Below are positions 9,855-18,690 of a stretch of 64,000 nt of DNA, one piece after another. The position numbers were made by a program, and so were the translations under genes. The stretch covers positions 1-64,000 of the forward strand of contig JAFTSS010000085.1 in assembly GCA_017467185.1 (NCBI GenBank), given 5' to 3'. Source of the stretch: Paludibacteraceae bacterium (GTDB taxonomy: Bacteria > Bacteroidota > Bacteroidia > Bacteroidales > Paludibacteraceae). The number at the start of each line of letters is the position of its first letter. The first letter of the stretch is position 1. The notes under the pieces are model-generated. The model had not been told where the DNA came from and searched no databases. It worked only from the letters and a program-made list of their open reading frames with translations.

Positions 9855-11717
9855 TCAAAGTACTATCTTTTCCACCTCATCACCAACAGCAATCACATAC
9901 ACCCCACGTGGCAATGATAATTGAGCATCACGACCAGTATAAATTAATCGACCATTTACATCAAAGAGTTGATAATCTGCCGACAAACCATCCACATATA
10001 GCACACCGCCCACTGAATATATTGCAATATTTGCATTTTCGGTATTTTCGATTGAAGTATCTTCATCACTTTCTACTACATTGATAAATTCGCCCCAATA
10101 TTCATCATTTGCGTATGCCTCACGAGCTCCTTCTGGCACAATCACAGGGATATTTCTGTTCACATCGAAGAATGTTTTTGCAAAAATAGTTGGAGGCTCG
10201 ATAGCATTCACATTGATTTGTTTCATACGACTACAGAGTGCAAAACAGTTGTCGCCAATGCGTTGTGTAGTCGATGGCAAAGCGAGCGAATCGAGATAAG
10301 TACAACCATAGAATGCCGCATCACCCACTTCGGTTACACCCTCTGGAATTACAAGATTTTCCAACGCATGGCAGTTGTAGAATGCCCAGTTACCGATGCG
10401 TTGCAATGCCACATCGCCATCGGCTGCAGCACGTTTCATGCGCGATGCGAACGATTTAGCCTCAGCTTGACCACCAAATGTGATAGATTTGATAGAACGA
10501 CAATTCTCGAATGCTGCATCATTGATTTCTACCACCGAAGCAGGAATATTTATCTCTTTCAACTGATAGCACTCTGCCATAGCCTTAAATCCAATAGTTT
10601 CGAGATTGCCAGGCAACATCAAGTTCTCCAATTTATAGCAGTCGTAGAATGCCAAGTCGTTGATTGCAGTGTTTGTAGTACCAGCGAGGTCGATAGTATG
10701 AAGCGATTTTTTCGAGCGATTAATATAGTTAAAACCATTCTCATCCAACTCTCCATCAGTGATATGCACCTCAGTCAATTTATTAGAAAATTGGGTTTGA
10801 AATTCTTCCTTAATCGAATTAACCAATTTAGCAGGGCCTTGGAAATAACGAAGGTTTTTAGTTGCGTTAAGAGGATGCCATGTTTCGTCACTAGATTCAT
10901 AAAAATCAAGTTCTACATCATCCCCAAATTCACAAATCAAAGTATCAAGAGAAGAAACCATAGGAATCCATTCATCGCTTTCTTCATCATAAATATTATA
11001 ACAATAAAAAATGCTTTCACCAATATATTTAACTCCACTACCAATTTTTGCATACCTTAATTGCGCACAATCCCTAAAGACTCGTCCTCCAATACAAACT
11101 ACACTATTAGGAATTTCTATTGATGTAAGTCCAGAACATCCCCTAAATGCACTTTCTCCAATAAAAGTTACGCGATTGGGAATTGTGATTGATGTGAGAG
11201 CAGAATAATTATAAAATACATAATCCTTAATAGAGTCAACATCTTCTGGTACAACTACATCTGTTACTTTTTTATTATTTAAATATAAATTTTCTGCATA
11301 GTGTAGGGGGTTAGCAGTACTACAATTCTTAAATTCAATATCAAACCATGCGCCTACATCAAATATATATACATCAACAAGTGAATAACAAGCCAAAAAA
11401 GCATCTCCACCAATAGTTGTTACACTATTTGGGATTGTGATTGAAGTGAGAGATGAACATCTAGAAAATGCAAAATCCCCAATCTCAGTCACACTATATT
11501 CTACACCATTATAGGTTACTTTTTCAGGAATAACAATTTCTGATTGAATATATCCCGCACCATTATCATCCCATAAATACCCCCCATCATTCGTAACAGT
11601 AGCCGTCTTATTCTCATGGTCGAAATCGTAATAGATACCATCGATTTCGGCTTCATAGGCGAATGCCATTGTTGCACTACACAACAATGCAATCAATAAA
11701 AAGTAAATTTTCTTCAT
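9855..11717 (-). CDS. BspA-type leucine-rich-repeat surface protein with T9SS C-terminal sorting domain
   Basis: 620 aa with a signal peptide and repeated IPNSVTxIGxxAFxxCxxL modules (LRR_5/BspA type). The C-terminal approximately 80 aa resemble a Por secretion tail. Confidence 0.7.
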   Translation of the reverse strand: MKKIYFLLIALLCSATMAFAYEAEIDGIYYDFDHENKTATVTNDGGYLWDDNGAGYIQSEIVIPEKVTYNGVEYSVTEIGDFAFSRCSSLTSITIPNSVTTIGGDAFLACYSLVDVYIFDVGAWFDIEFKNCSTANPLHYAENLYLNNKKVTDVVVPEDVDSIKDYVFYNYSALTSITIPNRVTFIGESAFRGCSGLTSIEIPNSVVCIGGRVFRDCAQLRYAKIGSGVKYIGESIFYCYNIYDEESDEWIPMVSSLDTLICEFGDDVELDFYESSDETWHPLNATKNLRYFQGPAKLVNSIKEEFQTQFSNKLTEVHITDGELDENGFNYINRSKKSLHTIDLAGTTNTAINDLAFYDCYKLENLMLPGNLETIGFKAMAECYQLKEINIPASVVEINDAAFENCRSIKSITFGGQAEAKSFASRMKRAAADGDVALQRIGNWAFYNCHALENLVIPEGVTEVGDAAFYGCTYLDSLALPSTTQRIGDNCFALCSRMKQINVNAIEPPTIFAKTFFDVNRNIPVIVPEGAREAYANDEYWGEFINVVESDEDTSIENTENANIAIYSVGGVLYVDGLSADYQLFDVNGRLIYTGRDAQLSLPRGVYVIAVGDEVEKIVL

Positions 11718-12090
11718 AATAATTAAAGTTTTAGTGATTAATATAATTCGTTTTATAAAATAGAGACTATAGGTGAAATAGTAACTATAGGAGCAATAGA
11801 GACTATAGAAACTATAGTAGAGGGGAGATTAAACAGGCGTTAATTTAATATTAGGTGTATCAGGTGGTTATTAAAAATGTACAAATAAAGTGGATGACGG
11901 TTTTTTTCGGCAGAGGTTGTTTGCACCTTCGATAAGGGTAGGTTGTGGATTTAGTTGTACATTTTGACACAAAAAAAACGTGGAATTCGACTGTTGTCGT
12001 TCCACGAACTGAGGCTGTCGCATTGCCTTGAAGTCGGAACAGACAACGCGAAGCCCACGCTGAAATGTATGTATATTTATACCCCTACAG

Positions 12091-12112
12091 GAGACGCAAT
12101 ATATTGCGTCTC
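12091..12112. repeat. palindromic element gagacgcaatatattgcgtctc
   Basis: Perfect 10-bp arms. Confidence 0.7.
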
Positions 12113-12312
12113 TACAGGTATGTACAACATTCCCGTAGGACATCTAACGTTGCAATGCTCTTGACTTCATTAGAAACTGCGACATTTCAGTTCGTCAGAA
12201 CAAAGCGTCGATAAACGCCTATTTATTATTTATATCTTGCGATTCCCACCCGATTGCCCAATCAGCGTGAGTTTCACACCGCAAAGGTAGAAATTATTTT
12301 TGAAATATCCAA

Positions 12313-13251
12313 TTATTCCGAAATAATTTTTACGTTTTCGGCTATTATTGTTTTGTATTTTTCTTTTATTTCGTTTGGTAAGAACGATAGGTCTATCATT
12401 TCATACCATGCAGGAATAGTTTTATTGAATTTTTTGAATATATTGGCAATAGTTTTTTCTTCTAAACCTGAATTTTGCATTGCTATTTCGAAGTCTATTT
12501 TTTTTATCTTCCGTTTTTTGCTATTCAGATTCAATGCCAATTCTTCAGTGTCTTCTGGTAAAACTAATTGTGTTGATAAAAGGTTGTAAGCAGGAGATAA
12601 TATATGTCCGTATCCGATTGGTTTATATAGTGAAAAGTTCTTTAAATGCATATCGGAATTTCCAACTAACCACGAGAATAGAACTATTTCCCAAAATTTG
12701 ATGATGTCTAATTTTGGTACAGATGAATATTTGGCAATTAGTTTCGCTATTTGTTCGTATGACCCTTTATATTTATGCTCTGTTAATCTTTCTGATAATT
12801 GACACATATCTTCCATTGCAAGTTTGTATCCATTGTTTAATCTATCAATGCGACGAGTCAAATAGCAAAGGCGACCATCGGCAATTGGTATCAATGTATG
12901 AGGTACAACGTCAATACCAGATATTTCAGCCAAATGCATAGTTAAATCTTCGATTTCTGGTAGATTGGCATAAATGTCGGTTTGAGGTTTTAATATGTAT
13001 CGTCCCCATAAACCAACAATAGTGAATCTTTTTTCTTTGCTCTCTGTAGTGATATCTAACGAAAGTTTAGCTTGAACCCCAGTTAGTGTGGTTTGACTGC
13101 GAATGACTTCTTCTGCCAATTTGTTTAAATCAGCATGATGAAAATTGGCAATTGGGCACGTTGTATCGTTGAATATTTTTTTTGAACATGTGCGATGAAA
13201 CCCAATTTCGCCATTTTTTAATTCTTTGTAACAATAAAAACATTTAGCCAT
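12313..13251 (-). CDS. HipA-like serine/threonine kinase toxin (HipT-like: kinase core without the HipA N-terminal subdomain, with N-terminal CxxC...HxxC zinc ribbon)
   Basis: 312 aa. It carries the catalytic-loop motif VGNSDMHLKNFSL typical of the HipA family and an N-terminus CFYCYKEL...HRTC. Confidence 0.75.
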   Translation of the reverse strand: MAKCFYCYKELKNGEIGFHRTCSKKIFNDTTCPIANFHHADLNKLAEEVIRSQTTLTGVQAKLSLDITTESKEKRFTIVGLWGRYILKPQTDIYANLPEIEDLTMHLAEISGIDVVPHTLIPIADGRLCYLTRRIDRLNNGYKLAMEDMCQLSERLTEHKYKGSYEQIAKLIAKYSSVPKLDIIKFWEIVLFSWLVGNSDMHLKNFSLYKPIGYGHILSPAYNLLSTQLVLPEDTEELALNLNSKKRKIKKIDFEIAMQNSGLEEKTIANIFKKFNKTIPAWYEMIDLSFLPNEIKEKYKTIIAENVKIISE

Positions 13252-13255
13252 ATCT

Positions 13256-13582
13256 CTATTCTTCTTCTTTTATTTCAATGACACTAATAGCTCCTATGCA
13301 ATCACGGCAACAAGCTAATAATAGCGACATGCGGTCGCGATTGTTTATTTTCCAATTGCGCTCTGCTATATCAAGTAGCCAGCCTTCAGGTATTAAACCA
13401 TCAAAAAATGGGAATAACACTTTGTCGTGGTATGTTTCTTCTTGCAGTGGTAGTGTCAAACTAATTGGTTCGGCATCTGGTTGTACTAGATATTCTTTCT
13501 TGTACTGAAAAGAATAACCATTGTCTGTTTCTCGTAAAATGCCAACTTGTCTGTCTCGTAGATATATATATGCTTGTTTCAT
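13256..13582 (-). CDS. HipA N-terminal-domain protein (HipS-like third component)
   Basis: 108 aa. A 5-nt gap separates it from the kinase gene, and its start overlaps the hipB-like stop. Its length and position match HipS of the HipBST systems. Confidence 0.65.
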   Translation of the reverse strand: MKQAYIYLRDRQVGILRETDNGYSFQYKKEYLVQPDAEPISLTLPLQEETYHDKVLFPFFDGLIPEGWLLDIAERNWKINNRDRMSLLLACCRDCIGAISVIEIKEEE

Positions 13583-13785
13583 TATTTATCTCTATCTTGT
13601 TTGATTGGACCAACTTCGTAACCAAATAGATTTAATACTTGGTTCAATTTGTCAAGACGTAAAGTCTCTTTACCTTGTTCTAAATCACGAATAAAACGTA
13701 ATCCAACTCCTGATTTTTCGGATAAGTCAATTTGTGTTAGGTGATATTGCTTGCGCATTGTTTTTATAAATTCTGCAATTGTCAT
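13582..13785 (-). CDS. XRE-family helix-turn-helix antitoxin (HipB-like)
   Basis: 67 aa containing the HTH LTQIDLSEKSGVGLRFIRDLEQGK. Confidence 0.75.
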   Translation of the reverse strand: MTIAEFIKTMRKQYHLTQIDLSEKSGVGLRFIRDLEQGKETLRLDKLNQVLNLFGYEVGPIKQDRDK

Positions 13786-13806
13786 AGTTGTTTTTTTGTC
13801 GATTAT

Positions 13807-13906
13807 TATACCTTATAGGGTATAATTTATTGTTTAATTATTTATTTTATACCCGAAAAGGTATATTTTTGTTCTTATTTGGTGATATTATACCCGTTCG
13901 GGGTTA
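13807..13906. promoter_or_regulatory. three palindromic operator-like sites TATACC-N6-GGTATA upstream of the hipB-like gene
   Basis: tataccttatagggtata (13807-13824), tatacccgaaaaggtata (13848-13865) and the imperfect tatacccgttcggggtta (13889-13906). Confidence 0.5.
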
Positions 13907-14208
13907 TTTTGTGTTGCAAAGGTAGAAATTATTTTTTGAATATCCAATTATTCTAAAATATTTTTTTATTGGTGGTCTGGTAAAAAATAAAGCAATTATT
14001 CAAACTGTTAATAAACAAAGGGGAGATAAGATAATCTTATGAGAGGGGGAGTTTTTAGTTCGACGTTTTCAACGTCGTAGAGTGTGGGGAGTTTTCTTCT
14101 TCTGCAGGTAATTTTTGCGATATCGCTTCGCTTCTCGCAAAAATCACCCGCAGTTACGCATAATTCGACGTTTTCAACGTCGTTGTATCTTGAATTCTCC
14201 TTAATTTT

Positions 14209-14452
14209 AACGTGAGTTCGATATAACTTTATAGCACACGGAGCCAACGGTCTTGAGCCTTGGCGAAAATGCACAGATGACACGGAGATTTTTCATTACA
14301 TACCCCTCTGTTCAGCAGACATATTGAGCGGACGCACGAGCCGTGCGTCCCTACAATGAGGAGGATTTTTGCCGAATTCGCTCTTTTGCTACGCAAAAAA
14401 CGCTCTACGGATTGTACGGATGCCATACGGCATTTTATATCGAACTGACGTT
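14209..14452 (+). mobile_element. MITE-like element family B, copy 2 (244 bp, 18-bp TIRs, flanked by duplicated TTAATTTTA)
   Basis: TIRs aacgtgagttcgatataa / ttatatcgaactgacgtt. It contains an internal palindrome gacgcacgagccgtgcgtc. Confidence 0.7.
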
Positions 14453-14592
14453 AATTTTATTGTGAAATTATAAATATTTTAATTCGCATAGGTTATTTCG
14501 TTTATATGAATTATCATAATATAATTTTTAGCGGACAGTAATAATTTTTTAATGATGGATATTAGAACTTTGTTTTGAATTTATAGAAATCC

Positions 14593-14632
14593 TTTTACAT
14601 AAACAACGGCTGAACCGCATTGCGATTCAGCC
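14593..14632 (-). terminator. long perfect hairpin aaacaacggctgaa-loop-ttcagccgttgttt downstream of the ppiD-like gene
   Basis: 14-bp perfect stem. There is no strong U-tract, which is common in Bacteroidetes. Confidence 0.4.
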
Positions 14633-14658
14633 GTTGTTTATGTAGGATATTATTTTGA

Positions 14659-16761
14659 TTAATAGTATTTATAGCGCATATCTTCGATGTTAGCAGCTTC
14701 TTTGAGTGCTTCGATTGCGAGATATGGGTTCATGTAAGCTTCGCGAGTTTCGAGCATTACCATTTCTTCTTTTTCGTTGTAAGGTTTAGCAGCTTCTTCT
14801 TTGCTTATTACTTTGAAGATATAAGCTCCTGTGTTACCTTTGATAGGAGCCGATTCTTTATCAACTTCAGCACCTGCTACGCGAGCGAAGAGTGATGGTT
14901 CGTTACCGATTGAACCAGCATAAGTACTTGCGAAGTTGATGTTGCGAACTGTATCAACACGGAAACCTTCAGTTGCGAGTTGATCCATTGTTTTCTTATT
15001 CATTTCAGCAACAAGAATGTCTCCTTTTTTCTCTTTGCGGAGTTCTGATAAAAGTTGTGGACGTACGCTTTCGATTGAGCGATAGCCTTCTTCGTTGTGT
15101 TTGTCAACAGCAACTGCGATGATTTTGTCTTCAACTTCAAAGATGTCGCTGATAGCACCTTCTTTGTTTTCGAAAATCCAACGAACAACTTCGCGTGCTT
15201 TTTTCACGTTGTTGATTTCAGTAGCGTTGATGTCGAGGTTTTTAGCTGTCATCACAACGTAGCCATTGTTTGCAGCTTCAGCTTCGAGTTTTTCGATAGT
15301 GTTGTTATCAACGATAAATTGTTTCATTTTGTTGTAAAGTTCTGCGTGAGTGCGAGATGTAGCATCTACAGTGCGAGCAAGAACTGCAACTTTTGCTTTT
15401 GTAGTTTTTTGTCCAAGTTCGTTAACATAGAAGAGGTTGATGTCGTTGCCTTCTTTTACTTGGAACATATTTTTTGCAGGTGTAGAGAATGCAGGAGTAG
15501 CGATTTTCTTTTCTAAGCCCATTTCGCTTACCCAACCGATTTCGCCACCATTAGCTGCGTTTTGGAGAAGTGAGTGAGTTTTTGCTAATTCTGCGAAAGA
15601 TGCACCTTTTTTCACTGCATCCATAATGCTATCAGCTAAAGCTTGAGTAGCTTCGGCTGTTTCGCGGCGGAGATACATGTTGCTCAAATTAACAGAGTCA
15701 ACTGATGCGATGCCGTTTTCAACGATGCGAGCCATTTTGTATGTGTTGTCAACAAAAATAGGACCCATAACATCGCCTGCTTTGCCTGTAAATGCAAATT
15801 CTTGGAAGTCAGCATCAATTTGCTCTTTAACCAAGTTTTCGCCACGATATTGTACGTCAGAATTTGAGTTTACTACAGCTGCGATGTCTTCAGTTGCAGA
15901 GAATTCGTCTTTTAAATTGTTGATCCATTTTTCAACTTCAGCAAAATCTTCAGCCGATGGTTTGATGTCAACAACGATATATTTAACGTCAGCAGATTGT
16001 TTTTGTTTGAATTGTTCTTTTTTCTTATTGTAGAGAGCTTTGATTTCTGCATCAGATACGTTGATTGTTGAGTCAGCAATAGCGAAATAGTTTTTCATTG
16101 CATACACAGCATCAGCCGATACTTTTGCATTGTCGTAAGCATATTTAGCTTCTAATTGGTTTACAACCAAAGCTGCATTCAATAAGTTAGTGTATTTTTC
16201 TTGGAGACGATTAGTTTTGATTGCGTGCTCCCAATAACGCCAATAGTTACGATAGAGACGGAGTTGCTCGTAAGGGATGTTTTGAGTAGCTTCTTCGCTG
16301 TCGAGCATAGCGATGAATTGTTTTACTACATTAACATCGAATTGACCATTTTCGTTGAAGAACATTTGGTTGTTCATCATCATTGGGCTGATGTTGTTGC
16401 CAACGAGCATGTCAGCCAATTCGTTTTTAGTTACAGTCATACCGATATTTTCGCATTCGTCGCCAATAACTTTTTCGGTTACAGTGCTTTCCCATACCAT
16501 TTGACGGATTTGTTCTGTCATTTCGTCATTGATGTTGTTGCCATATTGCAATTTTACTACATCATTGAATTGGTCCATTGTTTCGGCATAGTCGCGAATT
16601 TTAACTTTGTCGCCATTGATAACAGCTACGTTTGCGCTGTTTTCTTGGAAATAAGTTGAACCTGAATTAACCAAGTCTCCTACGATGAAGACCACCAAAG
16701 CCAAACCTACTACAATTAAGAGTAAGAGACCTTTACTTCTAATTTTTTCTAATGTTGCCAT
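14659..16761 (-). CDS. ppiD: PpiD/SurA-like periplasmic chaperone, peptidyl-prolyl isomerase family
   Basis: 700 aa with an N-terminal membrane anchor followed by a large periplasmic region. This architecture is characteristic of Bacteroides PpiD. Confidence 0.7.
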   Translation of the reverse strand: MATLEKIRSKGLLLLIVVGLALVVFIVGDLVNSGSTYFQENSANVAVINGDKVKIRDYAETMDQFNDVVKLQYGNNINDEMTEQIRQMVWESTVTEKVIGDECENIGMTVTKNELADMLVGNNISPMMMNNQMFFNENGQFDVNVVKQFIAMLDSEEATQNIPYEQLRLYRNYWRYWEHAIKTNRLQEKYTNLLNAALVVNQLEAKYAYDNAKVSADAVYAMKNYFAIADSTINVSDAEIKALYNKKKEQFKQKQSADVKYIVVDIKPSAEDFAEVEKWINNLKDEFSATEDIAAVVNSNSDVQYRGENLVKEQIDADFQEFAFTGKAGDVMGPIFVDNTYKMARIVENGIASVDSVNLSNMYLRRETAEATQALADSIMDAVKKGASFAELAKTHSLLQNAANGGEIGWVSEMGLEKKIATPAFSTPAKNMFQVKEGNDINLFYVNELGQKTTKAKVAVLARTVDATSRTHAELYNKMKQFIVDNNTIEKLEAEAANNGYVVMTAKNLDINATEINNVKKAREVVRWIFENKEGAISDIFEVEDKIIAVAVDKHNEEGYRSIESVRPQLLSELRKEKKGDILVAEMNKKTMDQLATEGFRVDTVRNINFASTYAGSIGNEPSLFARVAGAEVDKESAPIKGNTGAYIFKVISKEEAAKPYNEKEEMVMLETREAYMNPYLAIEALKEAANIEDMRYKYY

Positions 16762-16960
16762 TTTTTTATTTATATTATTTGTTTTTTATTTTTGTTTTGT
16801 GTTTGTGTTATTGTGCTGATATATAGCAAAATATGTGCAAAATATGACCCATTTGTGCCCTATTTTACATGATAATTTTTCAAGATGCGAAGTTACGAAA
16901 AAAGTTTATATATACGAAATATTTTGTAATAAAATTTATAAAGTATTTATTGTTAGTGTA

Positions 16961-18226
16961 TTATGCTTTATTGTTAGTTATAAGTTTTACTAAATCAATA
17001 CGATTGTTGTGGGCTTGCATTATTTTGAATGTATAGTTTTCGATTTCGATAGTGTCGTTTAGTTTTGGGAATTTTTGATAGTGATGCAAGATATATCCTG
17101 CTATTGTAACATAGTTGTCTGATTCTGGAATATCGAAGTCGAATTTTGAATTAGCTGTATCTATCTCTAATCGTCCAGATAGGATGTATTCATTGTCTGC
17201 AATTTGGCGAGCTACCCATTCGCGGTTATCGTGTTCGTCTTCTATTTCGCCAAATATCTCTTCGATGATATCTTCGAGAGTAACAATACCAGCTGTACCT
17301 CCAAATTCGTCAACAACAACGGCAATACTTTTCTTTTCTTGCATGAATATGTCCATCAATTTGTTAGCAGCCATAGTTTCTGGAACGATAGGTAATGGAC
17401 GTATCTGTTTTTTCCAATCTTCAGGATTTTTGAATAGGTCGTTAGAGTGGAAATAACCTATGATATTGTCGATGCTTTCGCGATAGATTAGTATTTTTGA
17501 GTATCCTGTATTTGTAAATGTATTGCGAAGGTCTATTAACGTAGTTCCTTCTTCTGGTAGAGCTGTTATTTCGGTGCGAGGTATGGCGCAATCGCGAAGT
17601 TTTACTTCAGAGAAATCAAGTGCGTTTTGGAATATTTTCACATCGTGTTCAATCTCTTCTTGACTGTCAGAACCTTCTATAGACTCGTTGATTAAATAGT
17701 CGAGGTCAACTTTGCTGAGTTCGTGACTTTCTTGTTGAGGATTATAGAGTTTGAATAGGCGAAGTATGTTTTTAGAGAGGAATGTGGTAAATATTGTAAT
17801 AGGGTAGAGTAGTATATATATAATGTACATGATGGGTGAAAATACATTGAGCCATATATTAGGACGGCTTTTAAATATCATTTTAGGAATGAATTCGCCG
17901 GTGAAAAGTACAATGATTGTAGCAATGATTGTTTGTATAATCATTATTACAAAATCGGATGTAACGATATATTGTTTTATGATTCCAGTGAGCAGATTTG
18001 CCATTTGGATACTATAGACAACAAGGGCAATGTTGTTGCCTACGAGCATTGTAGATATATATTGTTCGCTATGGTGATAGAAGAAATCAACTATTTTGGA
18101 TGTTAGCGAATTGGATTTTTTGTCTATTTCAAAGCGTAGTTTATTGGATGAGACAAAAGCTATTTCCATTCCAGAAAATAGCGCAGAAAATATTAATGAT
18201 ATGGCTATAGCCCAATAATTGACCAT
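16961..18226 (-). CDS. CorC/HlyC-family transporter (DUF21-CBS pair-CorC_HlyC), GldE-like
   Basis: 421 aa with N-terminal TM helices (DUF21), CBS domains and a C-terminal transporter-associated domain. Confidence 0.8.
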   Translation of the reverse strand: MVNYWAIAISLIFSALFSGMEIAFVSSNKLRFEIDKKSNSLTSKIVDFFYHHSEQYISTMLVGNNIALVVYSIQMANLLTGIIKQYIVTSDFVIMIIQTIIATIIVLFTGEFIPKMIFKSRPNIWLNVFSPIMYIIYILLYPITIFTTFLSKNILRLFKLYNPQQESHELSKVDLDYLINESIEGSDSQEEIEHDVKIFQNALDFSEVKLRDCAIPRTEITALPEEGTTLIDLRNTFTNTGYSKILIYRESIDNIIGYFHSNDLFKNPEDWKKQIRPLPIVPETMAANKLMDIFMQEKKSIAVVVDEFGGTAGIVTLEDIIEEIFGEIEDEHDNREWVARQIADNEYILSGRLEIDTANSKFDFDIPESDNYVTIAGYILHHYQKFPKLNDTIEIENYTFKIMQAHNNRIDLVKLITNNKA

Positions 18227-18233
18227 TATTATT

Positions 18234-18690
18234 TAGTTTAGAGTTAAAAGTTTAGAGTTAAGAGTTAAGAGTTAAGAGTTTAGAGTTAAGAGTTAAGAGT
18301 TTAGTGTTTAGAGTTAAGAGTTAAGAGTTTAGTGTTTAGGGTTAAGAGTTTAGTGTTTAGAGTTAAGAGTTTAGTGTTTAGAGTTTAGTGTTTAGAGTTA
18401 AGAGTTTAGCGTTTAGAGTTAAGAGTTAAGAATTAAGAATTAAAAATTAAAACATTTAATTCCACATTCCACATTCCTCACTCCTCATTCCTCACTCCTC
18501 ATTCCTCATTCCTCATTCCCCATTCCTCATTCCCCATTCCTCATTCCCCATTCCTCATTCTCCATTCCTCATTCCCCATTCCTCATTCCACATTCCACAT
18601 TCCACATTCCTCATTCCTCATTCCCCATTCCTCATTCCACATTACTCATTCCACATTACTCATTCCACATTCCACATTCCTCATTCCTCA
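18234..18690 (+). repeat. two abutting heptamer microsatellite arrays, about 31 x (GAGTTAA/GAGTTTA/GTGTTTA) then about 33 x (CATTCCT/CATTCCA/CATTCCC)
   Basis: Direct inspection. The arrays fill the whole gap between the lptC-like stop and the gldE-like start. Confidence 0.9.

Noticed and set aside
10218-11208. 280-aa plus-strand ORF 10218..11060 and the neighbouring small ORFs
   Set aside because: They are antisense to the BspA-like LRR gene. The cysteine/histidine-rich low-complexity translation is typical of a reverse-frame artefact.
11871-12164. ORFs 11871..12143(-) and 11955..12164(+) spanning the palindromic element
   Set aside because: The apparent RDAIYCVS coding is a consequence of the palindrome itself. 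The region matches a non-coding structured element.
18234-18690. Considered whether the long regular arrays could be a CRISPR array
   Set aside because: Units are only 7 bp with no interspersed unique spacers and no cas genes. This is microsatellite DNA, not CRISPR.
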